The position numbers and the translations under genes are program-made. From Bacteroidetes bacterium 37-13 (GTDB lineage Bacteria > Bacteroidota > Bacteroidia > Chitinophagales > LD1): a stretch of DNA of 64,000 bases. This document shows, one piece after another, positions 27,858 through 36,403 of this stretch; within the stretch, counting starts at the first letter, position 1, and each line of letters starts with the position of its first letter. The notes under the pieces are model-generated. The model did no database searches. It saw only the letters and a list, made by a program, of their open reading frames with translations, and had not been told where the DNA came from. Location: positions 24,532-88,531 of the forward strand of contig MKTC01000021.1 in assembly GCA_001897535.1 (NCBI GenBank), in the 5' to 3' direction.

Positions 27858-30800
27858 ATGATTTTAAAACCATTGAAGCCAAGAAAGGCACTGAACAAAG
27901 CCTTTTTAAAAGTAAAACCGAACAGGACTGAAATTGAAGGTTTCAAGACCAATCTCATTACTTTACTCGACCGTACCAATGACACGGAAAGCGAAGAGTT
28001 TCATAAAAACCTGATTTCCGACTTTCTAAAAGATACTTATTACAAACAAAATCATTTCATCAATACCAAAGGTAGAAACGACCTTGTTATTCACAACGGA
28101 CAAAATGCAAACTCGACAGTTGGTGTAATTCTCGAAGCTAAAAAGCCGACCAACAAAACGGAAATGATTACGACCAAAAGACTGAATGTAAAAGCATTTC
28201 AGGAATTGGTTTTGTATTATCTAAGAGAAAGAATTACACATAAAAATCTTGAAGTAAAACATTTGGTGGCGACCAACATTAACGAATGGTTCATTTTTGA
28301 CGCTACCCTATTCGACAGACTTTTTGCTCAAAACAAAAATCTTGTAAAGCAATTCAACGACTTTGAAGGTGGACGATTAGCAGACACCAAAACAGATTTT
28401 TTTTACAAAGAAATTGCCGAGCCGTTTATTGACAGCATCACTTCTGAAATTGAATTTACATACTTCAACATTCAGGACTTTCAAAAACCGTTACGAAATA
28501 CCGACAAAGCAGACGATAATTCGCTGATTGCTTTATTCAAATTGCTTTCGCCAGAGCATCTTTTAAAGCTTCCTTTTACCAACGACAGCAACAATCTTGA
28601 CAAACGCTTTTACAGCGAATTGTTGCACATCATCGGTTTGAACGAAACCAAAGAGGGAAGCAAAAAAATCATCGAGCGGAACAAAGCAGGAGAACGAAAC
28701 ACGGGAACTATTTTGGAAGATGCCATTATCCAGTTGGACAGTTTAGATAAGCTCAACCGATTGGAAAAACCCAGCCAGTTTGGGAATACCAAAGATGAAA
28801 AACTTTTTAATGTTGCCTTGGAACTCTCCATCACTTGGATAAATCGGATTTTATTCCTGAAATTGTTGGAAGCTCAACTCATCAACTATCATAAAGGCGA
28901 TAAATCGTATTCGTTTCTGAATTTTGAAAAAATCAAGAATTATGACGACCTAAACAGTTTGTTTTTTCAGGTATTGGCTCGCAAGTATGACGCGCGAAAC
29001 GAAGATGTAAAAAAGGCTTTTGAAAAAGTACCTTATCTCAATTCATCACTTTTTGAGCCGACCGATATTGAACAAGTTACTTTGTTCATCAGCAACCTGA
29101 AAGACGAAAAGACCATTCCGATTTTTTCGCAAACCGTGTTGAAAGACCAACAGGGCAAAAAACGCACAGGCAACATTTCCACGCTTCAATATTTGTTTGA
29201 GTTTTTAGATGCTTACGACTTTGGAGCAGAAGGCGGAGAAGAAATTCAGGAAGACAATAAAACGCTGATTAACGCTTCGGTTCTCGGTTTGATTTTCGAG
29301 AAAATAAATGGCTACAAAGACGGTTCGTTTTTCACGCCCGGTTTCATCACCATGTATATGTGCCGTGAAACCATTCGCAAAGCCGTTGTGCAGAAATTCA
29401 ACGAAAGCAAAAAATGGAACTGCACAACCCTTGAAGAACTTTACGACAAAATTGAAGACCGAAAAGAAGCCAACCAAATTGTAAACAGCATTAAAATTTG
29501 CGACCCTGCCGTTGGTTCAGGACACTTTTTGGTTTCGGCACTCAATGAAATGATTGCCGTTAAAAACGACTTGAAAATTCTGCAAGACCGTGACGGAAAA
29601 CGCCTGAAAGAATATCAGGTGGAAGTGGTAAATGATGAACTGATTGTAACAGACGAAGAAGGCGAACTTTTTGAATACAACCCAAGCAACAAAGAAAGTC
29701 AACGCATACAGGAAACGCTTTTCCACGAAAAACAAACCATTATTGAAAATTGCCTTTTCGGTGTGGACATCAATTCCAATTCGGTAAAAATTTGCCGTTT
29801 GCGTTTGTGGATTGAGCTTTTGAAAAATGCTTATTACATAAGCTCTCCTCCTTTAAAAGGAGGAGTACCCGAAGGGGGAGGTGGTTTAATCAAAAACCTA
29901 CCCGAAGGGGGAGGTGGTTTTAAATTAAATAATCTACCTTACCTAAAAACTTTCCGTAAGGAATTAAGGAACAACCTAACACCTGCTGAAGCTAAACTTT
30001 GGACATTGCTGAAAGGCAAACAAATGAATGGTCGAAAATTCAGAAGGCAACATAGTGTAGGAAACTATATCTTAGATTTTTACTGCCCATCAGAAAGAAT
30101 AGCCATTGAATTAGATGGGCAAGGACATTTCGAAGTTTCCCAGGCAGAATATGATTATGAAAGAGATTTGTTTTTAGAGGCTTTTGGAATAAGGGTTTTA
30201 AGATTTGAAAATAAATGGGTTTGGAATAATCCTGATGGATTGTTGGAAGAAGTAAAAAGTTATTTTGGAAAGCAACCACCCCGTCCTGCGGACACCCCTC
30301 CTTACAAAGGAGGGGAGCTTCAAACTCTTCCGAACATTGACATCAACATAAAATGCGGTAACTCTTTAGTGAGCCGTTTTGCCATTGATGCCGACCTGAA
30401 ACAAGCCTTGAAAAAAAGCAAGTGGACGATCGACAGCTACCGAATTGCCGTGAACACTTATCGAAATGCTGAAAACAAAGAACAGAAACGAGAAATGGAA
30501 AAGTTGATTCTTGCTATAAAGCAAGATTTTTCAACAGAAATAAGGATGAACGATCCTATAAAAAAGCGATTGGATAAACTGGCAAGCGAACTTTATCACC
30601 GTTTTACAGGTACTTTCTTATTTGAACCGGAAGTGCCATACGGAAAGTCTGAAAAACAGTTACAGAAAGAGCGCCAAAAAGAAAAAGAGAAATTAGAAGA
30701 AGAAATAGAGCAGCTCAACAAAAAAATTGATAAAATAAAAGCCAACAAGATTTTTGAAAATTCCTTTGAATGGCGCTTTGAATTTCCCGAAGTGCTGAAC

Positions 30801-31877
30801 GATGATGGCGATTTTGTGGGCTTTGATGTGGTGATTGGAAATCCGCCATATTTCATAATGACTAAGAACAATATGGAAAAACTTGAGCTAAGTCATTACA
30901 TAAATAATTATCAAGCAGTAAAAAATGCAAGTTCAAAAAACATCTTCAATCTATTCATAGAATTAGGCATAATCATAAGCAATAGAAATTCATTCCACTC
31001 AATGATAGTTCCAGAAGGCTTATTTGAAACAAGAAGCTATTCTGACACAATTGATTTATTAAAAAATGCAGGTGCAGTTTTAAACATCACAAGAATAGAA
31101 GGAATGGTATTCGATGAAGCGAATACAGGGAATGTGATTTACATTTTTGGAAAGAGTAAACAAGGTGCGGAAACAGAACAAAGAATATTCAAGAAAAATC
31201 AAGATTTAGCTGAATATAGTAAAAATGAAGACCCTCTAATTTTAAAAATAGACAATCCAAAAACTCCACGACTCTCAGATTTTTGCCAACTATTTAAAGG
31301 TATGGTTGTCGCAGACAGAAAGACGAAAATATTTGAAAACCAAGCGGAAAATTTACCAAACAAATTTTTACTAGGTAATTGTATATCAAAATGGAACATT
31401 GACAAATGCTTTTACACAGATTATGAATCCTTGTCTATAATTGGTGGAACTAAGGCTAAAGACAAACACGCAGTTTCTCCAAGAATTTTAATTAGAAGAA
31501 CAGGAGATTATTTATGTTGTGCATATCTGATAGAACCTGCATTAACAGAATCAACACTTTATTCTTGTTGGTCATTAAAAGATGAAATACACAATCTTTT
31601 TATTCTTGGTGTATTACACTCAAAAGTTGCAGACTATTTCATTAAAAACAAGTTGGTAACAAATCCACAAGCATTTCCGCAAATTTTAATGACCGATTTA
31701 CAATCATTACCAATCCCAAACCCATCAATTGAAATTCATAATTCAATTAAATCATTAACGGAAGAGAGATTAGAAAACAAGGGCAACAATAAAGTAACTG
31801 AAGCGAAAATAGACCAATTGGTTTACAAACTTTACGACTTGACGGAAGAAGAAATAAAAATAGTGGAAAATGGATAA
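27858..31877 (+). CDS. Type IIG restriction-modification enzyme (nuclease + gamma-class N6-adenine methyltransferase + specificity region), carrying a nested DUF559 module
   Basis: N-terminal PD-ExK-like motif (NDLVI...VGVILEAKKP). MTase motif I is CDPAVGSGHFLV and motif IV is VIGNPPY (nt 30837-30851). The C-terminal part is a long variable region. The architecture resembles Eco57I/MmeI-type single-chain enzymes. Confidence 0.85.
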   Translation: MILKPLKPRKALNKAFLKVKPNRTEIEGFKTNLITLLDRTNDTESEEFHKNLISDFLKDTYYKQNHFINTKGRNDLVIHNGQNANSTVGVILEAKKPTNKTEMITTKRLNVKAFQELVLYYLRERITHKNLEVKHLVATNINEWFIFDATLFDRLFAQNKNLVKQFNDFEGGRLADTKTDFFYKEIAEPFIDSITSEIEFTYFNIQDFQKPLRNTDKADDNSLIALFKLLSPEHLLKLPFTNDSNNLDKRFYSELLHIIGLNETKEGSKKIIERNKAGERNTGTILEDAIIQLDSLDKLNRLEKPSQFGNTKDEKLFNVALELSITWINRILFLKLLEAQLINYHKGDKSYSFLNFEKIKNYDDLNSLFFQVLARKYDARNEDVKKAFEKVPYLNSSLFEPTDIEQVTLFISNLKDEKTIPIFSQTVLKDQQGKKRTGNISTLQYLFEFLDAYDFGAEGGEEIQEDNKTLINASVLGLIFEKINGYKDGSFFTPGFITMYMCRETIRKAVVQKFNESKKWNCTTLEELYDKIEDRKEANQIVNSIKICDPAVGSGHFLVSALNEMIAVKNDLKILQDRDGKRLKEYQVEVVNDELIVTDEEGELFEYNPSNKESQRIQETLFHEKQTIIENCLFGVDINSNSVKICRLRLWIELLKNAYYISSPPLKGGVPEGGGGLIKNLPEGGGGFKLNNLPYLKTFRKELRNNLTPAEAKLWTLLKGKQMNGRKFRRQHSVGNYILDFYCPSERIAIELDGQGHFEVSQAEYDYERDLFLEAFGIRVLRFENKWVWNNPDGLLEEVKSYFGKQPPRPADTPPYKGGELQTLPNIDINIKCGNSLVSRFAIDADLKQALKKSKWTIDSYRIAVNTYRNAENKEQKREMEKLILAIKQDFSTEIRMNDPIKKRLDKLASELYHRFTGTFLFEPEVPYGKSEKQLQKERQKEKEKLEEEIEQLNKKIDKIKANKIFENSFEWRFEFPEVLNDDGDFVGFDVVIGNPPYFIMTKNNMEKLELSHYINNYQAVKNASSKNIFNLFIELGIIISNRNSFHSMIVPEGLFETRSYSDTIDLLKNAGAVLNITRIEGMVFDEANTGNVIYIFGKSKQGAETEQRIFKKNQDLAEYSKNEDPLILKIDNPKTPRLSDFCQLFKGMVVADRKTKIFENQAENLPNKFLLGNCISKWNIDKCFYTDYESLSIIGGTKAKDKHAVSPRILIRRTGDYLCCAYLIEPALTESTLYSCWSLKDEIHNLFILGVLHSKVADYFIKNKLVTNPQAFPQILMTDLQSLPIPNPSIEIHNSIKSLTEERLENKGNNKVTEAKIDQLVYKLYDLTEEEIKIVENG
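29845..29865. repeat. Left boundary palindrome CTCCTCCTTTAAAAGGAGGAG
   Basis: CTCCTCCTTT is the reverse complement of AAAGGAGGAG, with one central base between them. Confidence 0.9.
29866..29920 (+). repeat. 22-bp direct repeat TACCCGAAGGGGGAGGTGGTTT x2 (33-bp period)
   Basis: Copies at 29866-29887 and 29899-29920. They encode (V/L)PEGGGG twice. Confidence 0.9.
30295..30315. repeat. Right boundary palindrome CCCCTCCTTACAAAGGAGGGG
   Basis: CCCCTCCTT pairs with AAGGAGGGG around an ACA loop. It has the same core as the left palindrome. Confidence 0.9.
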
Positions 31878-31951
31878 ATCCATTGTAAACATATTCGTGT
31901 GCATCCATAGCCCGCGATTTAAACCGTAGGCTATGAATGTACAATCTGTTT

Positions 31952-33259
31952 TTAATTGTTTATTAAATGCTCATTAAGCTGAATATAAAAATCGGTAATT
32001 GTGTTAGGTAAATTAGAGTCGTAGCGGGTTTCTACTTTTATATAATTATCTGTAAAGCCATTTATGGTTCCATCGTGGTTGTCAGATTCCCACAAAACGG
32101 GGCGAGTAGATCCTTCAAACTTACGGTAAAATGCCATGCGCTTTTTTTCGCTAAGAATGCGCAATCGTTTGTTGCGTTCTTTGCGTACTTCCATTGGCAC
32201 TACGCCTTCCATTTTTTCGGCTTTGGTATTTGCTCTTTCAGAATAAGTAAATACGTGGAAATAGCTCACATCTAAGCCGTTCAAAAAATTATAGGTTTCT
32301 AAAAAATCTTCATCAGTTTCTCCGGGGAAACCTACAATTACATCAACACCAATGCAGCAATGCGGCATTAGTTCTTTTATTATTTGCACACGGCTTTCAT
32401 ACACTTCGCGCAAATACTTTCTACGCATAAATTTTAGTGTTTTGTTGCTGCCGCTTTGCAGTGGAATATGAAAATGCGGCATAAACCTTTTTGAGCTTGC
32501 CACAAAGCGAATAATTTCTTCACTCAACAAATTTGGCTCAATAGAAGAAATGCGAAAGCGAGGCACATTCACTTCTTCGTCTAATGCTTGAATAAGCTGA
32601 AAGAAGTTTTCATCAGTGCGCTCATTGCCATCGGGCGTTTTGCCGAAGTCGCCAATATTTACACCGGTTAAAACAATTTCCTGAGCGCCTTCTGCCGCAG
32701 CTTTTTGTGCGTTGGCAACTGTTTCTATAATGCTTGCGCTGCGGCTCGCACCGCGTGCGTAAGGAATGGTGCAAAAGGAGCAGAAATAATCGCAGCCGTC
32801 TTGTATTTTTAAAAAAGTGCGTGTGCGTTCGCCATGGCTCCATGCCGGAGAAAAGAAATTTACATCTTCTATTTCACTGGCAGAAACTATGGTTTCAGTT
32901 TGGTTTTCTAACTCGCTGATGTGCTCGTGCAGTTTAAATTTTTCTTTTGCGCCAAGCACCATGCTCACTCCCGGAATTGCTGCTATTTCATTGGGTTTCA
33001 ATTGTGCATAACAGCCGATTACAATCACTTTTGCCGAAGCATTTAATTTAAGTGCGCGCTTTACAATTTGGCGCATTTCTTTATCGGCACTTTCGGTTAC
33101 GGAGCAAGTGTTTATTACATAAAAATCTGCCGGCTCGGTAAATTCAGTTTTGGCATAGCCGCCTTCAGCTTCTACCGTTTGGGCAATAGCTGCCGTTTCT
33201 GCAAAATTGAGCTTGCAGCCTAAAGTATGAAACGCTATTTTTGAAATTGGTGCAGACAT
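31952..33259 (-). CDS. mtaB: tRNA methylthiotransferase MtaB (radical SAM)
   Basis: N-terminal HTLGCKLN and NTCSVT Cys motifs, a radical-SAM CDYFCSFC motif, and a TRAM-like C-terminus. Confidence 0.85.
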   Translation of the reverse strand: MSAPISKIAFHTLGCKLNFAETAAIAQTVEAEGGYAKTEFTEPADFYVINTCSVTESADKEMRQIVKRALKLNASAKVIVIGCYAQLKPNEIAAIPGVSMVLGAKEKFKLHEHISELENQTETIVSASEIEDVNFFSPAWSHGERTRTFLKIQDGCDYFCSFCTIPYARGASRSASIIETVANAQKAAAEGAQEIVLTGVNIGDFGKTPDGNERTDENFFQLIQALDEEVNVPRFRISSIEPNLLSEEIIRFVASSKRFMPHFHIPLQSGSNKTLKFMRRKYLREVYESRVQIIKELMPHCCIGVDVIVGFPGETDEDFLETYNFLNGLDVSYFHVFTYSERANTKAEKMEGVVPMEVRKERNKRLRILSEKKRMAFYRKFEGSTRPVLWESDNHDGTINGFTDNYIKVETRYDSNLPNTITDFYIQLNEHLINN

Positions 33260-33314
33260 TTTATTTCTCTGCTAAGTTCTTAAATATTTAAAAGGAAAAA
33301 CAAAACAATTTGTG

Positions 33315-34700
33315 CTATTCAGCAGCCACTGCTTCGTTTGCCTTTTGTACCATTTCGTTAAAGTCGTTCAACGAAATTGGGTTATCGGTTAGGCTTACTT
33401 TTGATTTCATATAAACCATCACTTTATCATTTAATATTTGCTCGTGCGCTCTGCGAACGTATTCTTTGTCTTTCATTTGACGCTGTACAAAACTTTCAAT
33501 CCAATCGTAACCCATTCCGCTTAAACCGTATTGAGCCATTTGCTGTAAAGTTTCTTGGCGTGCTTTTTCTAAAAGTTCTTCTTCTTTCACCTCGTAGCCT
33601 TGCTCTTTGCTAATGCGCGAAGTGATTAAATCCCAACGCAGTTGCTTAGAAAACATTGGGTATTCTGTTTCGATTTGCTCTTTTGTAATCGGTTTTTCGT
33701 TGGTTACGGTAATCCAGCGTTTTAAGAAGCTATCGGGAAGTGGAAATTCGATGTTTTCCATAATGGCTTTGTAAATATCGTTTACTAAAAACACATCAGT
33801 TCTACCATCAAAATAAGCTTCTAAATCGCTCTTAATAAAAGTTCTGGCATCTTCTTCGGTTTTTGGCCCGTTTGCACCAAATGCTTTTGTGAAAAACTCT
33901 TCGTTTAAATCGGCAGGAATGCTGCGCGTGATATTGATTAAAGTAACTTGGAAGTTCGGATTTAAAGCGTCTAATTCTTCAGCATTTTTCAGGTTCAAAA
34001 TAAATTTTGCAACGCCTTCTTTATCGCGGTCGAAAGCTTCTAAAACATTCACTGTTGTAGATTCTTGTTTCTTTAGGTTTTGAAGTGCGTTTCTGTACTC
34101 CGGCTTTGCAATTTCGAGTAAAGTTGAAGAAGTAGTTTGGTAGCCGTTTTCTTTCACGTTTCCTGCTTCGTCCAATTCTTTGTATTCAAATTGCACAATA
34201 TCGTTGTCGCCAACTAATTCAGGATATTCGTACTTAGCATATCTTTTGCGTAAACGCTCCAATTCTTCGTCCACCATTTTATCTTCAACCGCAATTTTAT
34301 ACTTGCTAAAAGTTGGGGCTTTATCTAAATAAGATAAATCGAACGAAGGTGCATGAGCAATTTCAAAAGTAAAGTTGATGTCTTTTAAATTGTTGATGTC
34401 CCAATTTACATCTTGTCCTTCGGCAGGAAGCGGCTGAGCAAGAATTTCAAGCTTGTTTTCCTCAACAAATTTATTGGTTTCTTCGTTCAGCATTTTTTGA
34501 ACTTCTTCAAACAAAACGCTGTTGCCATACATTTTTTTTACCAAACTAAGCGGAGCCATTCCCGGTCGAAAACCTTTTAAAGAAACTTGCTTTACCAGCT
34601 TGTTTAATGCTGATTTTATTTTGGGCTCGTAGTCTTCTTTCTTAATGTCTAATACGATTTTAGATTGTAGGTCGCTAACTTTTTCTTGATAAACGTTCAT
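33315..34700 (-). CDS. tig: Trigger factor
   Basis: 461 aa. The N-terminal ribosome-binding block is GFRPGMAPLSLVKKMYG. Confidence 0.9.
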   Translation of the reverse strand: MNVYQEKVSDLQSKIVLDIKKEDYEPKIKSALNKLVKQVSLKGFRPGMAPLSLVKKMYGNSVLFEEVQKMLNEETNKFVEENKLEILAQPLPAEGQDVNWDINNLKDINFTFEIAHAPSFDLSYLDKAPTFSKYKIAVEDKMVDEELERLRKRYAKYEYPELVGDNDIVQFEYKELDEAGNVKENGYQTTSSTLLEIAKPEYRNALQNLKKQESTTVNVLEAFDRDKEGVAKFILNLKNAEELDALNPNFQVTLINITRSIPADLNEEFFTKAFGANGPKTEEDARTFIKSDLEAYFDGRTDVFLVNDIYKAIMENIEFPLPDSFLKRWITVTNEKPITKEQIETEYPMFSKQLRWDLITSRISKEQGYEVKEEELLEKARQETLQQMAQYGLSGMGYDWIESFVQRQMKDKEYVRRAHEQILNDKVMVYMKSKVSLTDNPISLNDFNEMVQKANEAVAAE

Positions 34701-34738
34701 AATATTTTGCTATTTATTACCCGAGAATTTTCGGTTTT

Positions 34739-34823
34739 TGGTGCGGGCGGAGGGACTCGAACCCCCATGCCGTGAAGCGCTTGATCCTAAGTCAAGTATG
34801 TCTACCAATTTCACCACGCCCGC
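34739..34823 (-). tRNA. tRNA-Leu (anticodon TAG), CCA encoded
   Basis: The reverse complement is GCGGGCGTGGTGAAATTGGTAGACA...CTTAGGA...long variable arm...GGGGGTTCGAGTCCCTCCGCCCGCACCA. The acceptor GCGGGCG pairs with CGCCCGC. Confidence 0.9.
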
Positions 34824-34890
34824 ATCGGTTTAAATGTAAGGGAGCGCGAAGGTATATTTTTTATGTTTATTTCTACTATAGTATTGAAAC

Positions 34891-35268
34891 TTATTGCACA
34901 AAAATTTTTTTGAGGCTTAAATTCCAAGCTAACATGGCAACAAAAGCACCTGAAGTATTTGAAAACACATCAAGCCATTCGAAGTGGCGGTCGGTTGTTA
35001 AAAATTCTTGCCCTAATTCAATTCCAACTCCAAAAAGTATGCAGGCGAACCAAATTGTAACCAATGGGGCGGTTTTTAAAAGCATAAACTGCGATTGCTT
35101 TTTCCAGCCATAAAAAGTGAAAGAAAACAAGAGGAAATAGAATATAAAGTGAACTAACTTATCAATTTGCGCAATTTCTACTTTAGGCAAATCGCCTCCC
35201 GGCAAAAACGATAGCACCGCAATTGTGAGCATCCAACCGATTGAAAATATATTGTACTTGAGAAACAA
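34891..35268 (-). CDS. VanZ-like membrane protein
   Basis: 125 aa with 4 TM helices. DKLVHFIFYFLL and the ELGQEF block are typical of VanZ. Confidence 0.65.
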   Translation of the reverse strand: MFLKYNIFSIGWMLTIAVLSFLPGGDLPKVEIAQIDKLVHFIFYFLLFSFTFYGWKKQSQFMLLKTAPLVTIWFACILFGVGIELGQEFLTTDRHFEWLDVFSNTSGAFVAMLAWNLSLKKIFVQ

Positions 35269-35318
35269 AATGCTGTGTTTTTAAAGCGACAAAAGTATAG
35301 AACAATCGTAAAATCGCT

Positions 35319-36248
35319 TTATTCTTCAATAGAAAAATAGGGCTTTAGTTTTTGAAAAACACTATCAGAAAACATTCCTGCTCTTTGTGCTGTTTCAATT
35401 CGGCTAAACTTGCCATTGGCAGTTCTAAAAGCCACCATGCTTTTGGCTTGCTGCCAAGTAATGTATGGATGGCGCATGAAAGAATCTGCCGGAGCGGTAT
35501 TGATATTTATTTTTTGCAAACTGTTTTCTGCTATGTAAATCTTGTCTTTAATTTTTTGAAAAGTAGAATCGGGCAACTTTCTTGTTTCTGCAACTTGCTC
35601 AATAGAAGTGAAACCACCCAAAGCATTTCTATAGTTTAAAATTTTGTGAGTTAGGTATGGGCCAATTCCCGGAAGTGCTTCAATGGCAGCGCTATCGGCA
35701 GAATTTATTTCTAATAAAATTGGTTGTTTGGCTTCGTAAATAAAGGCTGTTTTCTTTTCAAAAGGTTGTGAACTTTCGTAAACCCTCGGTGGAATTTCTA
35801 CATAGTTTTTCAATCGCTCAAAACCTTCATCGCCAATTACTCTTATTTTTTTTAAATCGTTTGCCGAATAGAACTTAAATCCTTTTGCTTTTATTGCTTC
35901 AATTACTTCTGCCTGTCTGCGGCTAAAACCTAACTGTTGCCATTCTGTTTCGCCAATTTCATTTGGGTTAAATGCAAATAATTTTACCGTTTTCATCACT
36001 TCAAATTTTTCATTATCATCTGCATAAGGAACTAAATCTCCGCTAAAAGTATTATCGGTTTTAGTAGTGTCTGCCAGGGCTTTTGCCAATGCTTCGTGCA
36101 GCGAAACATCATATTCAAATTTGGGAGGGAAAAATAGCAAGTAAATTCGTGGTGCAATAAATGCTACTGCAATTAAAAAGCAAAGGAGCAAAATTGCTCT
36201 GAGTTGCGACTTGGAGAAATAGAGAAATCCTTTCAACCATTCATTCAT
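35319..36248 (-). CDS. comEA: ComEA-like helix-hairpin-helix DNA-binding protein
   Basis: N-terminal TM. Repeated HhH segments (INSADSAAIEALPGIGPYLTHKILNYR; NINTAPADSFMRHPYI). Confidence 0.7.
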   Translation of the reverse strand: MNEWLKGFLYFSKSQLRAILLLCFLIAVAFIAPRIYLLFFPPKFEYDVSLHEALAKALADTTKTDNTFSGDLVPYADDNEKFEVMKTVKLFAFNPNEIGETEWQQLGFSRRQAEVIEAIKAKGFKFYSANDLKKIRVIGDEGFERLKNYVEIPPRVYESSQPFEKKTAFIYEAKQPILLEINSADSAAIEALPGIGPYLTHKILNYRNALGGFTSIEQVAETRKLPDSTFQKIKDKIYIAENSLQKININTAPADSFMRHPYITWQQAKSMVAFRTANGKFSRIETAQRAGMFSDSVFQKLKPYFSIEE

Positions 36249-36403
36249 AGCAGGGGATTTTAGTGAGTGGTACTAAAGTAGAAAGGATTGTACAAAATTC
36301 AAAAAACTAATTCATTTGTGTTGTTGGTTCTAAAAAAGGCAGTATAAGCAATATACGAAATGCTCGAGTTTGAGCAGCAACGTATGGCCTTTTTATTTTA
36401 AAC

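Larger units (their letters stand above)
29845..30315 (+). mobile_element. Palindrome-bounded DUF559/Vsr-like endonuclease cassette inserted in frame in the Type IIG gene
   Basis: 471 nt = 157 codons. It encodes LRNNLTPAEAKLWTLLKGKQMNGRKFRRQHSVGNYILDFYCPSERIAIELDGQGH...RVLRFEN. It is bounded by CTCCTCCTTTAAAAGGAGGAG and CCCCTCCTTACAAAGGAGGGG. Confidence 0.7.

Noticed and set aside
29866-29920. The 22-bp direct repeat with 11-bp spacing as a mini-CRISPR or operator.
   Set aside because: There are only two copies. They are in frame and coding (PEGGGG twice), and they form part of the left arm of the DUF559 cassette.
34772-35113. A 113-aa plus-strand ORF starting inside tRNA-Leu.
   Set aside because: It overlaps the tRNA and is antisense to the VanZ-like gene. 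It has no supporting features.
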